From Pseudomonadales bacterium (lineage in GTDB: Bacteria > Pseudomonadota > Gammaproteobacteria > Pseudomonadales > JAUIET01), in contig JBGCFQ010000024.1 in the NCBI GenBank assembly GCA_045106985.1, forward strand, positions 128,502 through 192,501: a stretch of 64,000 nucleotides of DNA. The letters are read 5' to 3'. Position numbers and translations under genes: made by a program. The notes under the pieces are model-generated. The model had not been told where the DNA came from. It made no database searches and saw only the letters and a program-made list of their open reading frames with translations. Shown in pieces: positions 24,881 through 33,259 of this stretch. Positions within the stretch are counted from its first letter, which is position 1. Every line of letters starts with the position of its first letter.

Positions 24881-25936
24881 ATGAATGGAGTGTCTAAGTT
24901 GTTAATGAATAGAGTACGGGGGTTTCAAGTGCGGCTTGGCTTGCTGGTTGTGGCGACATTGGCTCTGGCGGCTTGCGCCACGAGCACTGAAGTCGACGTG
25001 AAAGGCACACAGGAGTTTCCAGTGCCATTGGTTGTTAGAGCCGATTTGCACATGGGCATCTATGTTCCAGAAGAGTTCGAATCTTATGTGTACGAAGACT
25101 ACGAAAAGGTAAAGAAAAAGAAGTCCAGAAGTGAAATAAGAGCGGCTAAGAAAATAGCCAAGAAAAAGGCGGAAGATCAAAAAAAGGCTGAGCAAAAGAA
25201 AGCCGAAGAAAAGAACGCCGAGCAAAAAGAGACAGAGCAGGACAAGGTAAATAAGAAGGCAGAACCCTCTAACGACGATGACTCTGATGCAGAGCAGGAA
25301 AAAGCAGCACCGGTATTATCCCTGGCTTCCGCTGATTCCGACGCCCAATTGCAAACTGACGCCGAGGAACAAGCAGCAACAGGAAAAAACACAGCTAATG
25401 CCAACGAAAGCACTGGCTCCGGCGCTGGCAGCTCGGTTGCGTCATCCGCCTCTGCAGCGGCGAAGGATGAATTGCGCTTAAAGTTTCGTATCAGCCTGGG
25501 TGAAGCTCAGGCGAAAATGGTACGCACAGTCTTTCCTGGCGTGTTTCGCCAAACGACGATGCTAGAGTCGCTGGCGCCGGAAAATTTGCCCGACGACATC
25601 GACTTTTACCTAGTGCCGAGTATTACCAAGGTTCAGTACACTACGCCGAAAACCACAAGGTTAAACGTCTATGAGATTTGGTTGCAGTACACGTTTACGA
25701 TTTATGATCGTCGTGGTGATGTGATTACGCGCTGGCGTGTGCCGAGTTATGGGAAAACACCAACGGCCTTCATGAAGTCTAAAGAAAATGCGTTGCAGAC
25801 GGCAACACAGATGGCACTTCGCGATTGCGGGGCGGCGTTTTCTACAGGGTTTAGAACGCAACCGGCGATAGCTCGCTGGCTGCAAGCGCGAGAAAAAAAG
25901 CTCGAGATTCAAACAACTCCTAAGGTAGCAATATGA
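24881..25936 (+). CDS. lipoprotein with Lys/Glu/Ala-rich disordered linker
   Basis: Lipobox 'LALAAC'. The region 'KKKKSRSEIRAAKKIAKKKAEDQKKAEQKKAEEKNAEQKETEQDK' is followed by a folded-looking C-terminal domain. Confidence 0.55.
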   Translation: MNGVSKLLMNRVRGFQVRLGLLVVATLALAACATSTEVDVKGTQEFPVPLVVRADLHMGIYVPEEFESYVYEDYEKVKKKKSRSEIRAAKKIAKKKAEDQKKAEQKKAEEKNAEQKETEQDKVNKKAEPSNDDDSDAEQEKAAPVLSLASADSDAQLQTDAEEQAATGKNTANANESTGSGAGSSVASSASAAAKDELRLKFRISLGEAQAKMVRTVFPGVFRQTTMLESLAPENLPDDIDFYLVPSITKVQYTTPKTTRLNVYEIWLQYTFTIYDRRGDVITRWRVPSYGKTPTAFMKSKENALQTATQMALRDCGAAFSTGFRTQPAIARWLQAREKKLEIQTTPKVAI

Positions 25937-26595
25937 AGCCTACTTACTTAGTAAAGAAACTCATGCTGGTAGTGCTATTGGTGCTCTCAACGGCCTGTAC
26001 CACCACAACGATTGACGAGTACCGACAAGAAGGCGTTGACCTGGTGGCTGGACGCTCTGTTGTCGTGTTGGGTCGCCGGCATACCAGTGGCGCTGTTACC
26101 GAGCCTTTTGTTACTTCCTGCATCTCATCGCAATTAGGCCGTGGAAAGAATCCCATCAGTGTGATTGGCGAGCAAGATTTTCAAGACAGATTGTACCCCT
26201 GGTTTGAGCCTAGAACCGCGCCTTTGCAACTCTCGCGATTGAAAACAGTATTAGCTAAGCCAATCATTGCCAATGAGATTAAGAATATGGGCCTGCAGTA
26301 CATTGTTTGGGTTGACGGCAGCACGCAACGAGGAGCAAGCGCCGGTGGAATGTCTTGTTCTATAGGCGTTGGTGGTGCAGGGTGTCTTGGCTTTGGCACT
26401 TGGGAAGATGATGGTGAGTATGAGCTTTCCGTTTGGGATATTTCGCAAGACAAACCGGTTGCTGAAATGAGCGCCAGCGCGGCGGGCGTTTCTTATATGC
26501 CGGCGGTTGTAGTACCGTTGCCACTAATCGCTCGAGTGAAAACCTCGGTCTGTAACGGCTTGGCACAACAGATCAAGCAGTTGTTTCCTGAATAG
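25933..26595 (+). CDS. lipoprotein, unknown function
   Basis: Lipobox 'LVLSTAC'. ATGA overlap with the upstream gene. 220 aa. Confidence 0.55.
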   Translation: MKPTYLVKKLMLVVLLVLSTACTTTTIDEYRQEGVDLVAGRSVVVLGRRHTSGAVTEPFVTSCISSQLGRGKNPISVIGEQDFQDRLYPWFEPRTAPLQLSRLKTVLAKPIIANEIKNMGLQYIVWVDGSTQRGASAGGMSCSIGVGGAGCLGFGTWEDDGEYELSVWDISQDKPVAEMSASAAGVSYMPAVVVPLPLIARVKTSVCNGLAQQIKQLFPE

Positions 26596-26604
26596 GAGCG
26601 TAGT

Positions 26605-28077
26605 ATGACTTCCCCAACGTCTTTGATTCATTTCTTACTTATAGCCCTCTTGGCTTGCGGAACCCTTTGGTCCGATGACGCTCTGGCGATGTCGGAGAAA
26701 AAAGCGATAAAAATTGGTAAGAAAGCGTATGAGCAAATCATCAACAAAAACCCGCCATACCCCGACGAAGAATTGCAAGCTTATGTTCGAGACATCGGAA
26801 ACAGACTGGCCTCTCACAGTGATTTAGCCGACAAACCCTGGCGCTTCACGGTGCTTGATGACCCCGCCATAAACGCGTTCGTTACACCTGGTTATTTCGT
26901 TTACGTGAATACCGGACTATTGACCTACATCCAATCCGAAGCGCAGCTAGCGGGCGTTATAGGTCATGAAATTGGTCACCTTGTGCGTAAGCACCCTGAC
27001 AGGCAGTCGACAGCCAATGGTTGGACCAAAGCGCTATCAACGATTGCTACGGTTTTGGTCGGTGTAACAACCGGCAGTGGTCAAGCTGCGAGCGGCGCGA
27101 ATCAGTTGGGCTCCTTAGCTGGCACCGCACTCGTTCGAGGTTACGGTCGAGATATGGAGTTGGAGGCTGACGAAGAAGGAGCGAAATACTTATTGGCCGC
27201 GGGTTATCCTCCGGAGGCCATGGTGGATGTGATCGCGGTGCTTAAGGATCAGGAGCGCTTTGCGCGGTTAAAGGCAAAAGAGAAGGGCGCTAGACCCATC
27301 GCCTACCATGGCGTGTTTTCCACTCATCCTCGCAACGACAAGCGATTACAAAATGCCGTTCGAGCTGTGGGCAGTCTGGACGAAGGCGTAGTTGAGCGCG
27401 GCCTGGACGGTGATTTTGAAGAGCATATGGAGGGTTTTAAATTCCTCAACACGCCACTGATATTCCGAACGACTGGCAGTCGCTATCTCAATCGGCCAAT
27501 GGATTTCACCCTGGCGTTTCCAAGCGGTTGGTCGATTAAGTCTAAGGGCTCTGTAATCCAGGCGAAAGGTGAAGGTGGCAAGGCGGTTATCCAAATGCGG
27601 ATCAAAAAGCTGGAGGAAGAAATAACGCCAGAAAAGTATCTTCGCGAAGTTCGGAATTTTAAAACGCTTGAAAATGGCGAGTCTCTGGATAATGAACATA
27701 TTAAGGGTTATTCGGCTATTGTTCCTGCAAACTCAAAATATCCGGCCCGAAGAATCGCTGTCATATTCCACAAGAAAAGGGCCTTCTTGTTCGTTGCTCA
27801 GCTCACCGACCCCAGTATCCCCGAAGCCTTGGCCAGCTTTTATGACACACTTTTTATGGCGAGTTTCTGGAGTTTCAGACCTCTAAACGAATACGATCGG
27901 TCAATTGCCTTATCGCGGCACATTAGTTGGTATCAAGCAGAGCAGGGCGTAAGCTTTGAAGCGCTCGCTGCAGCAAGCCCGATTAAGGAGTTTGCTGAAG
28001 AAGAGCTTCGCTTGATGAATGGCTATTACCCTTATGGCGAGCCTAAAGCAGGAGAATGGCTAAAAATTGTTCGCTAA
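26605..28077 (+). CDS. M48 family zinc metallopeptidase (probable lipoprotein)
   Basis: 'GHEIGHLVRKH' HExxH at nt 26965-26979, a downstream 'ELEADEEGAKYLLAAGYPPEAM', and a possible lipobox 'ALLAC'. AGGAG lies upstream of the ATG. Confidence 0.8.
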   Translation: MTSPTSLIHFLLIALLACGTLWSDDALAMSEKKAIKIGKKAYEQIINKNPPYPDEELQAYVRDIGNRLASHSDLADKPWRFTVLDDPAINAFVTPGYFVYVNTGLLTYIQSEAQLAGVIGHEIGHLVRKHPDRQSTANGWTKALSTIATVLVGVTTGSGQAASGANQLGSLAGTALVRGYGRDMELEADEEGAKYLLAAGYPPEAMVDVIAVLKDQERFARLKAKEKGARPIAYHGVFSTHPRNDKRLQNAVRAVGSLDEGVVERGLDGDFEEHMEGFKFLNTPLIFRTTGSRYLNRPMDFTLAFPSGWSIKSKGSVIQAKGEGGKAVIQMRIKKLEEEITPEKYLREVRNFKTLENGESLDNEHIKGYSAIVPANSKYPARRIAVIFHKKRAFLFVAQLTDPSIPEALASFYDTLFMASFWSFRPLNEYDRSIALSRHISWYQAEQGVSFEALAAASPIKEFAEEELRLMNGYYPYGEPKAGEWLKIVR

Positions 28078-28086
28078 GCATGTTGT

Positions 28087-29058
28087 TCACTCTTCTGTTG
28101 CGCTCTCGAAGCTGTAGGGAAGGGATAGTATTTCCAAAGCACTATCCGCTATCGTAGGTATTTGATCGCCCTGTTCTTTTAGCCCCAAAACAAGCAGTAG
28201 CTCCAAACCACCGTCTTCGTTTATTGCCGAACTAACGACCTTGCCGAGTGATTTCCCAGTGAGTTGATCGGCAACTTCTGTTCCCGCTATCGGGGATTCG
28301 CTCAGAGCCGGTGTCTCATTGACTGTTTCAAGTTTAGCCCTATACATACGCCGCTTGATTTTGCCTCGATATTGCGAGCGGGCGACAATCTCCTGTCCTG
28401 TGTAGCAGCCTTTGGTGAAGCTTATGCCATTGTTTAATTGCATATTCAGCATTTGAGGAACAAATTCATCACTAGTAGCGCTGTTAACCAAGCCAATTCC
28501 GGCACGAATAAAGGCGAGTGTGCTGTCATTTGCTGACAGCGCTATGTGTTCGGCGGTTGGCGAATTCTGGCAAGTGAAAACTAGGGCTAATTCGCTTTCT
28601 TTGCTCACTCGCAGTAATGCCGCGCTGCTTTCGTTTTGGCTGGCGGCCATCGCCTCCGCTGAGGGTGTTTCAAGCTCAAGGGTGTCGTAGGGAAAACTAT
28701 CCGTCAGCTTAACCAGTCCAATCTGCCAATTTTCGGAGCGACTTAACTCCGCTTTGGAGAAGACGATGTACTTTGCCAGAGTGTCGAGCACAATCTGGGA
28801 ACTTGACTGCGGGCATGCTATCAATAGTTCATGTTCCGCACCGCCAGGCTGTTGAATAATAAAAAAGTTTGCCAGAGTTCGTCCCTTGGGCGTACAAAGC
28901 GCGAAAAACCCACCTTTTTCTGGACCTATCAAATCTGTGTCGTTGCTTAGTTGCCCTTGCAGAAATTTCCGACTATCGCTACCCACAATGCTTAGGCATG
29001 CCCAATCATCTGCGGTGTCATGTTCTGTACTCAACTTTATCTCCAATACTTGCCGCAT
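28087..29058 (-). CDS. ygfZ: folate-binding tRNA-modification/Fe-S cluster repair protein YgfZ
   Basis: Signature 'KGCYTGQEIVARSQYRGKIKRRMY'. It is divergent from sdhE, as in E. coli. Confidence 0.85.
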   Translation of the reverse strand: MRQVLEIKLSTEHDTADDWACLSIVGSDSRKFLQGQLSNDTDLIGPEKGGFFALCTPKGRTLANFFIIQQPGGAEHELLIACPQSSSQIVLDTLAKYIVFSKAELSRSENWQIGLVKLTDSFPYDTLELETPSAEAMAASQNESSAALLRVSKESELALVFTCQNSPTAEHIALSANDSTLAFIRAGIGLVNSATSDEFVPQMLNMQLNNGISFTKGCYTGQEIVARSQYRGKIKRRMYRAKLETVNETPALSESPIAGTEVADQLTGKSLGKVVSSAINEDGGLELLLVLGLKEQGDQIPTIADSALEILSLPYSFESATEE

Positions 29059-29227
29059 ACGCCAACCAGACAGCAGGCTTGCTACTGTTTACAGGGCATA
29101 CCTTCTGTTTTTTGCGGTATCCTCGCTGCTAGAACAGCAGCGGTTAGAGTATACTAGCAGCTTCGGTCATTCAATTGCCTGAGCAGACTGTGAAAAGAGC
29201 CATAGAGCAAAAAGAGTATCTTGCCCC

Positions 29228-29521
29228 TTGATAGAAGAACCGAAATTAAGTGCCGAAGTTGACGCGAAAAGAGTGTATTGGCACAGTCGACGGGGAATGC
29301 TGGAACTCGATTTAATTCTGGTTCCCTTTGTTGAACAGCTTTATACAACGTTGACTGAAGAGCTGCAGAATGACTATAAGGCTTTGCTGGAATGTGAAGA
29401 CACAGACATATATGCGTGGCTGATGCTCAGAGGCGAACCGACAGAACCAAAACTACAAGCAATGGTGCAAAGGATTGTACAACATGCTAGACAACATAGA
29501 AGCAAACCTCAAACCCTCTAA
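29228..29521 (+). CDS. sdhE: FAD assembly factor SdhE
   Basis: 'RVYWHSRRGMLELDLILVPF' carries the RGxxE motif. About 97 aa, with a TTG start. Confidence 0.8.
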   Translation: MIEEPKLSAEVDAKRVYWHSRRGMLELDLILVPFVEQLYTTLTEELQNDYKALLECEDTDIYAWLMLRGEPTEPKLQAMVQRIVQHARQHRSKPQTL

Positions 29522-30071
29522 GTTATGCCGTAAATATTTTGCTGGCCTCATGACAGCAGCAACGTTGTTAGCTGTTGCTGGTCCAGACAACAATATTTTG
29601 CGCCTGGCTGCTGTGGCGTATCTCGTTATTTTCGGATATCACAGCTATGTAAAAGTTGTCATGCTCAGGGCCGATCATTCTATCGTTGCTATCCACCATA
29701 GCGCCGATGACTGGTTCTTGCAGCTGGCCAATGGCGATCGATTCGCTGCTCAGCTCGTTGAACATAGCAGTGTGGTAACGGCTCGATTTATGGCGTTGCG
29801 CTTTAAAGCTGAAACTGAAGCTGCGATAACAGACAGTAAAGCTGATGAGCAGCTCCTACCTTGTGGATCTAAAGCCTCTTCTTATTCTACTTCTTATAAT
29901 GCGATGACCTCATTCGTGATCAAGAGCTGTTCTCGCGGAAAATCCTATTCTATTCTATTGTTCGCTGACTCTGCAGCTGGCAATGACCTTCGCTTACTGC
30001 GTCTGGTTCTCTTGCACGGTGATCGTTTCACTAATAAAAGCAAAGATGATGACCTGATCGTTAATCAGTAA
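29484..30071 (+). CDS. ygfX: YgfX (CptA)-like inner-membrane protein
   Basis: It sits directly after and overlapping sdhE, as in E. coli. It has two hydrophobic helices near the N-terminus and a 'LLFADSAAGNDLRLLRLVLL' tail similar to the YgfX C-terminus. It is longer than typical because of an internal Ser-rich insert. Confidence 0.45.
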   Translation: MLDNIEANLKPSKLCRKYFAGLMTAATLLAVAGPDNNILRLAAVAYLVIFGYHSYVKVVMLRADHSIVAIHHSADDWFLQLANGDRFAAQLVEHSSVVTARFMALRFKAETEAAITDSKADEQLLPCGSKASSYSTSYNAMTSFVIKSCSRGKSYSILLFADSAAGNDLRLLRLVLLHGDRFTNKSKDDDLIVNQ

Positions 30072-30102
30072 AAACGCGTCGACTATCTGTAGGCGGCGCG
30101 GG

Positions 30103-31674
30103 CTAAATACTGTTGGGAGTCAGAACCGTATTCAGCGCCTCGGGTAATGTGTCAGGATAATCCAATGTGTAGTGCAGCCCTCTACTTTCCTTTCTCAACT
30201 GTGCCGAACGAATAATAAGTTCAGCTACTTGAGCGAGATTTCGTAGTTCTATCAGATCATTGCTTACCTTATAGTTACTGTAGTATTCAGAAATTTCAGT
30301 TTGTAGCAGCTCAGCTCTGCTTAATGCTCGCTGTAAACGCTTGTCGGTTCGCACTATGCCAACGTAGTCCCACATGAACCGTCTTAATTCATCCCAATTG
30401 TGGGAAATAACAACATCTTCGTCCGAGTCGGTTACCTGAGATTCGTCCCAGTAGGCTGGGGTGCTGCTTTCGTCGACTTCATTCCACAATGCTTCAATGT
30501 GCTTGCAAGCAGACTTTGCGTAGACGATGCATTCCAGTAGTGAATTACTGGCCATACGATTGGCGCCGTGCAAACCGGTAAAGGTGGTTTCTCCTATGGC
30601 ATAAAGATTGCCGAGGTCGGTACAACCATTGCGATCAATCATTATTCCACCGCAGCTGTAATGCGCTGCCGGTACCACAGGTATGGGTTCGCTGGTAATG
30701 TCCAATCCATATTTGGCACAACCTTCAAGTACGGTTGGGAAGTTGCTAGCAACGAAATCCTTCGGCTTGTGACTTATGTCCAGATACACGCAGTCGTTAC
30801 CTAAACGTTTCATTTCATGGTCTATGGCTCGTGCAACAATATCTCTTGGGGCGAGCTCTTCACGTTCGTCAAAGCGACTCATGAAGCGCTCGCCGCTCGC
30901 CAGGCGCAGCACAGCTCCTTCGCCACGCAGTGCTTCGGTGAGAAGAAACGATTTCGCCTGCGGGTGGTAAAGACAGGTTGGGTGAAACTGATTGAATTCC
31001 ATATTCGCTACTCGGCAGCCTGCACGCCAAGCCATAGCAATGCCATCACCACTAGCGCCATCGGGGTTGCTGGTGTAAAGATAAACCTTACTAGCACCTC
31101 CCGTCGCAAGTACCACAAACCTCGCCTTGAAGGTATCAACATGGCCGCTTACGTTGTTCAGCACGTACGCGCCAATACACCTTTTTTCATCTACTATCAG
31201 ATCCACAGCAACGTGGTTCTCGAAAATATCGATTTGTTCGTTGCTCAACACATTGCTAATCAGCGTTTCTACAACGACCTTTCCGGTAGCGTCAGCAGCG
31301 TGCAATATGCGCCGTTTGCTGTGCCCGCCTTCTTTGGTCAGGTGGTAGTCGTCGTCGTCATCACGTGAGAACTCAACCCCCTGATCAATTAGCCAATCAA
31401 CGCTGGCTTTGCTGTTCTCAACCGTGAAGCGCACGGCTTCTTCATCACATAAGCCGCCACCAGCGTTTAAAGTGTCTGTGACATGTGAGTCAACGCTGTC
31501 TTCGGGATCTACCACGGCGGCAATGCCACCTTGTGCGTAGAACGAAGAGCCTTGGGTCATGCTGGCCTTGGAAAGAACCGCAATCCGCCCACGAGCAGAT
31601 AGGCTCAAAGCCAAAGACAAACCGGCTATGCCGCTGCCAATGATGAGAACGTCGTGTGAGTAGTTATCGCTCAT
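30103..31674 (-). CDS. nadB: L-aspartate oxidase
   Basis: '[13 protein letters not shown]' FAD fold plus 'HPTCLYHP' and 'RGEGA'. 523 aa and divergent from rpoE. Confidence 0.95.
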   Translation of the reverse strand: MSDNYSHDVLIIGSGIAGLSLALSLSARGRIAVLSKASMTQGSSFYAQGGIAAVVDPEDSVDSHVTDTLNAGGGLCDEEAVRFTVENSKASVDWLIDQGVEFSRDDDDDYHLTKEGGHSKRRILHAADATGKVVVETLISNVLSNEQIDIFENHVAVDLIVDEKRCIGAYVLNNVSGHVDTFKARFVVLATGGASKVYLYTSNPDGASGDGIAMAWRAGCRVANMEFNQFHPTCLYHPQAKSFLLTEALRGEGAVLRLASGERFMSRFDEREELAPRDIVARAIDHEMKRLGNDCVYLDISHKPKDFVASNFPTVLEGCAKYGLDITSEPIPVVPAAHYSCGGIMIDRNGCTDLGNLYAIGETTFTGLHGANRMASNSLLECIVYAKSACKHIEALWNEVDESSTPAYWDESQVTDSDEDVVISHNWDELRRFMWDYVGIVRTDKRLQRALSRAELLQTEISEYYSNYKVSNDLIELRNLAQVAELIIRSAQLRKESRGLHYTLDYPDTLPEALNTVLTPNSI

Positions 31675-31868
31675 ATTTAATGCTTATAGTGAATTTACTG
31701 TCGCCGGAAGGCCGTGAGGCGCCTAGGCTTGCCCCGCCAGCTGCATACCGATACCATGCCCAACGCCACCGCTATCGGGTGCGCATGAGATATTGTAATC
31801 GCAAGTCGCTCGCAATGCTCGAACACCTGATGCGCTACTTTACAGACATAGAAATTTTCTGAAAAGGG

Positions 31869-31895
31869 AACTTGACGACCGCAATCGACTCTTAT
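31869..31895 (+). promoter_or_regulatory. candidate sigma-E (AlgU/RpoE)-dependent autoregulated promoter
   Basis: GAACTT-N16-TCTTA, about 80 nt upstream of the rpoE start. It resembles the GAACTT-N16/17-TCtgA consensus. Confidence 0.5.
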
Positions 31896-31976
31896 TCTTC
31901 AGTATCATCGATCTGGGCGGTAAAAACTTGGGGTATTTGATGGGGAACGAAGTACAGATCCTACAGAGGGGGTTCT

Positions 31977-32555
31977 GTGGAATCTGCTAGCCAAACTGAC
32001 CAGCAGCTGGTGCAGCGCGTCAAGAAAGGCGATAAGCGGGCGTTTGATTTGCTGGTACTCAAGTATCAACACAAGATATTAAGCGTTGTATCTCGCTATG
32101 TGCGTGATGTTGGAGAGGTGCAGGACGTCACTCAGGAAGCTTTCATAAAAGCGTACCGCGCCTTGCCAAAGTTCAGAGGCGAAAGCCAGTTCTACACATG
32201 GCTGTACCGAATTGCGATTAATACCGCGAAAAACCACCTCATGGCCAGAGCCAGGCGTCCGCCAGGCAGTGATATCGATGTTCAGGATGCAGAGTATTTT
32301 GATACCGCGACGCAGCTAAGAGACAACGAGAGCCCTGAGAGCCATCTATTTGGCGAAGAATTGCGTGAAATTGTGAACAAGGCCCTCAGTCAGTTGCCAG
32401 AAGACCTGCGGACCGCTGTAACTTTGCGTGAATTCGATGGTCTCAGCTACGAAGATATTGCCGATGTGATGGATTGTCCTGTTGGCACAGTTCGATCACG
32501 AATATTCAGGGCTAGAGAAGCAATTGATAAGCAACTTGAACCTTTGCTGAATTAA
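31977..32555 (+). CDS. rpoE: ECF sigma factor RpoE/AlgU
   Basis: 'DQQLVQRVKKGDKRAFDLLVLKYQHKI' and 'LREFDGLSYEDIADVMDCPVGTVRSRIFRAREAI'. GTG start with AGAGGGGG upstream. Confidence 0.95.
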   Translation: MESASQTDQQLVQRVKKGDKRAFDLLVLKYQHKILSVVSRYVRDVGEVQDVTQEAFIKAYRALPKFRGESQFYTWLYRIAINTAKNHLMARARRPPGSDIDVQDAEYFDTATQLRDNESPESHLFGEELREIVNKALSQLPEDLRTAVTLREFDGLSYEDIADVMDCPVGTVRSRIFRAREAIDKQLEPLLN

Positions 32556-32670
32556 GGCGACTAATGTATCAGTATTAGAATCTATGGAAAGATTCTCACC
32601 ACTACCCTGAAGGGCCTACTGATGGCGCACTAAAGGGTCAACAGATGGAAAGTTTGGAGAGTAACTAGCA

Positions 32671-33258
32671 ATGTCAGAGCAAGTAAATGAGTCCATTTCG
32701 GCCTTAATGGACGATGAAGCGAATGAGCTGGACCTGAGACGCGTACTTAAGAGTGCGGATGACAGTGTCCATGCACAGCAGCAGATGCGACGCTTTCAGC
32801 TGGCACGTTCAGCAATGCGGGATTCGAGCAGTGTCATGCTCGACATTGATTTGTCAGCTAGCATCGCTGCAGCCATAGAGGCAGAGCCAGGATCAGACAG
32901 ACTGACGCCAGCGTGGATGAAGCAGCTAGGCGGTTTTGCTGTGGCGGCAAGCGTGGCAGCAATCGTTGTTGTAGGATCTCAAAGTTTGCAGCTAGGTCAG
33001 CCAGACAGCACGGCGCCACAATTTGCGCAACAAACTCCTTCAATAAGTCAGCCAGCGATCCAAACTCCACGGCAAGAAGCTCAAACAGTGACCTTGGGAG
33101 CAAGCGTGCCGGTCAATACTCGTGAACAACAGTTGCTGCTCGCTCAGCAGCAACGTCGTGTTAACGCCTATATGCAAATTCACGCTCGCCACGCATCGAT
33201 GAATGGCAATCTTGGCGCAGTGCCTTTGGCGCGTTCAGCGGATTATCGAGTTCGTTAA
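32671..33258 (+). CDS. rseA: anti-sigma-E factor RseA/MucA
   Basis: 'ISALMDDEANELDLRRVL' N-terminus, a central TM helix, and position after rpoE. Confidence 0.8.
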   Translation: MSEQVNESISALMDDEANELDLRRVLKSADDSVHAQQQMRRFQLARSAMRDSSSVMLDIDLSASIAAAIEAEPGSDRLTPAWMKQLGGFAVAASVAAIVVVGSQSLQLGQPDSTAPQFAQQTPSISQPAIQTPRQEAQTVTLGASVPVNTREQQLLLAQQQRRVNAYMQIHARHASMNGNLGAVPLARSADYRVR

Positions 33259-33259
33259 T

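Noticed and set aside
12587-28077. The vWA + TPR genes as a Bat/aerotolerance (MoxR-DUF58-BatABCD) operon
   Set aside because: No MoxR-type AAA+ ATPase (no Walker A/B protein at all in the operon) and no DUF58-like gene is present. Also, Bat vWA proteins carry N-terminal double-TM anchors rather than an ExbD-like Asp helix plus coiled coil.
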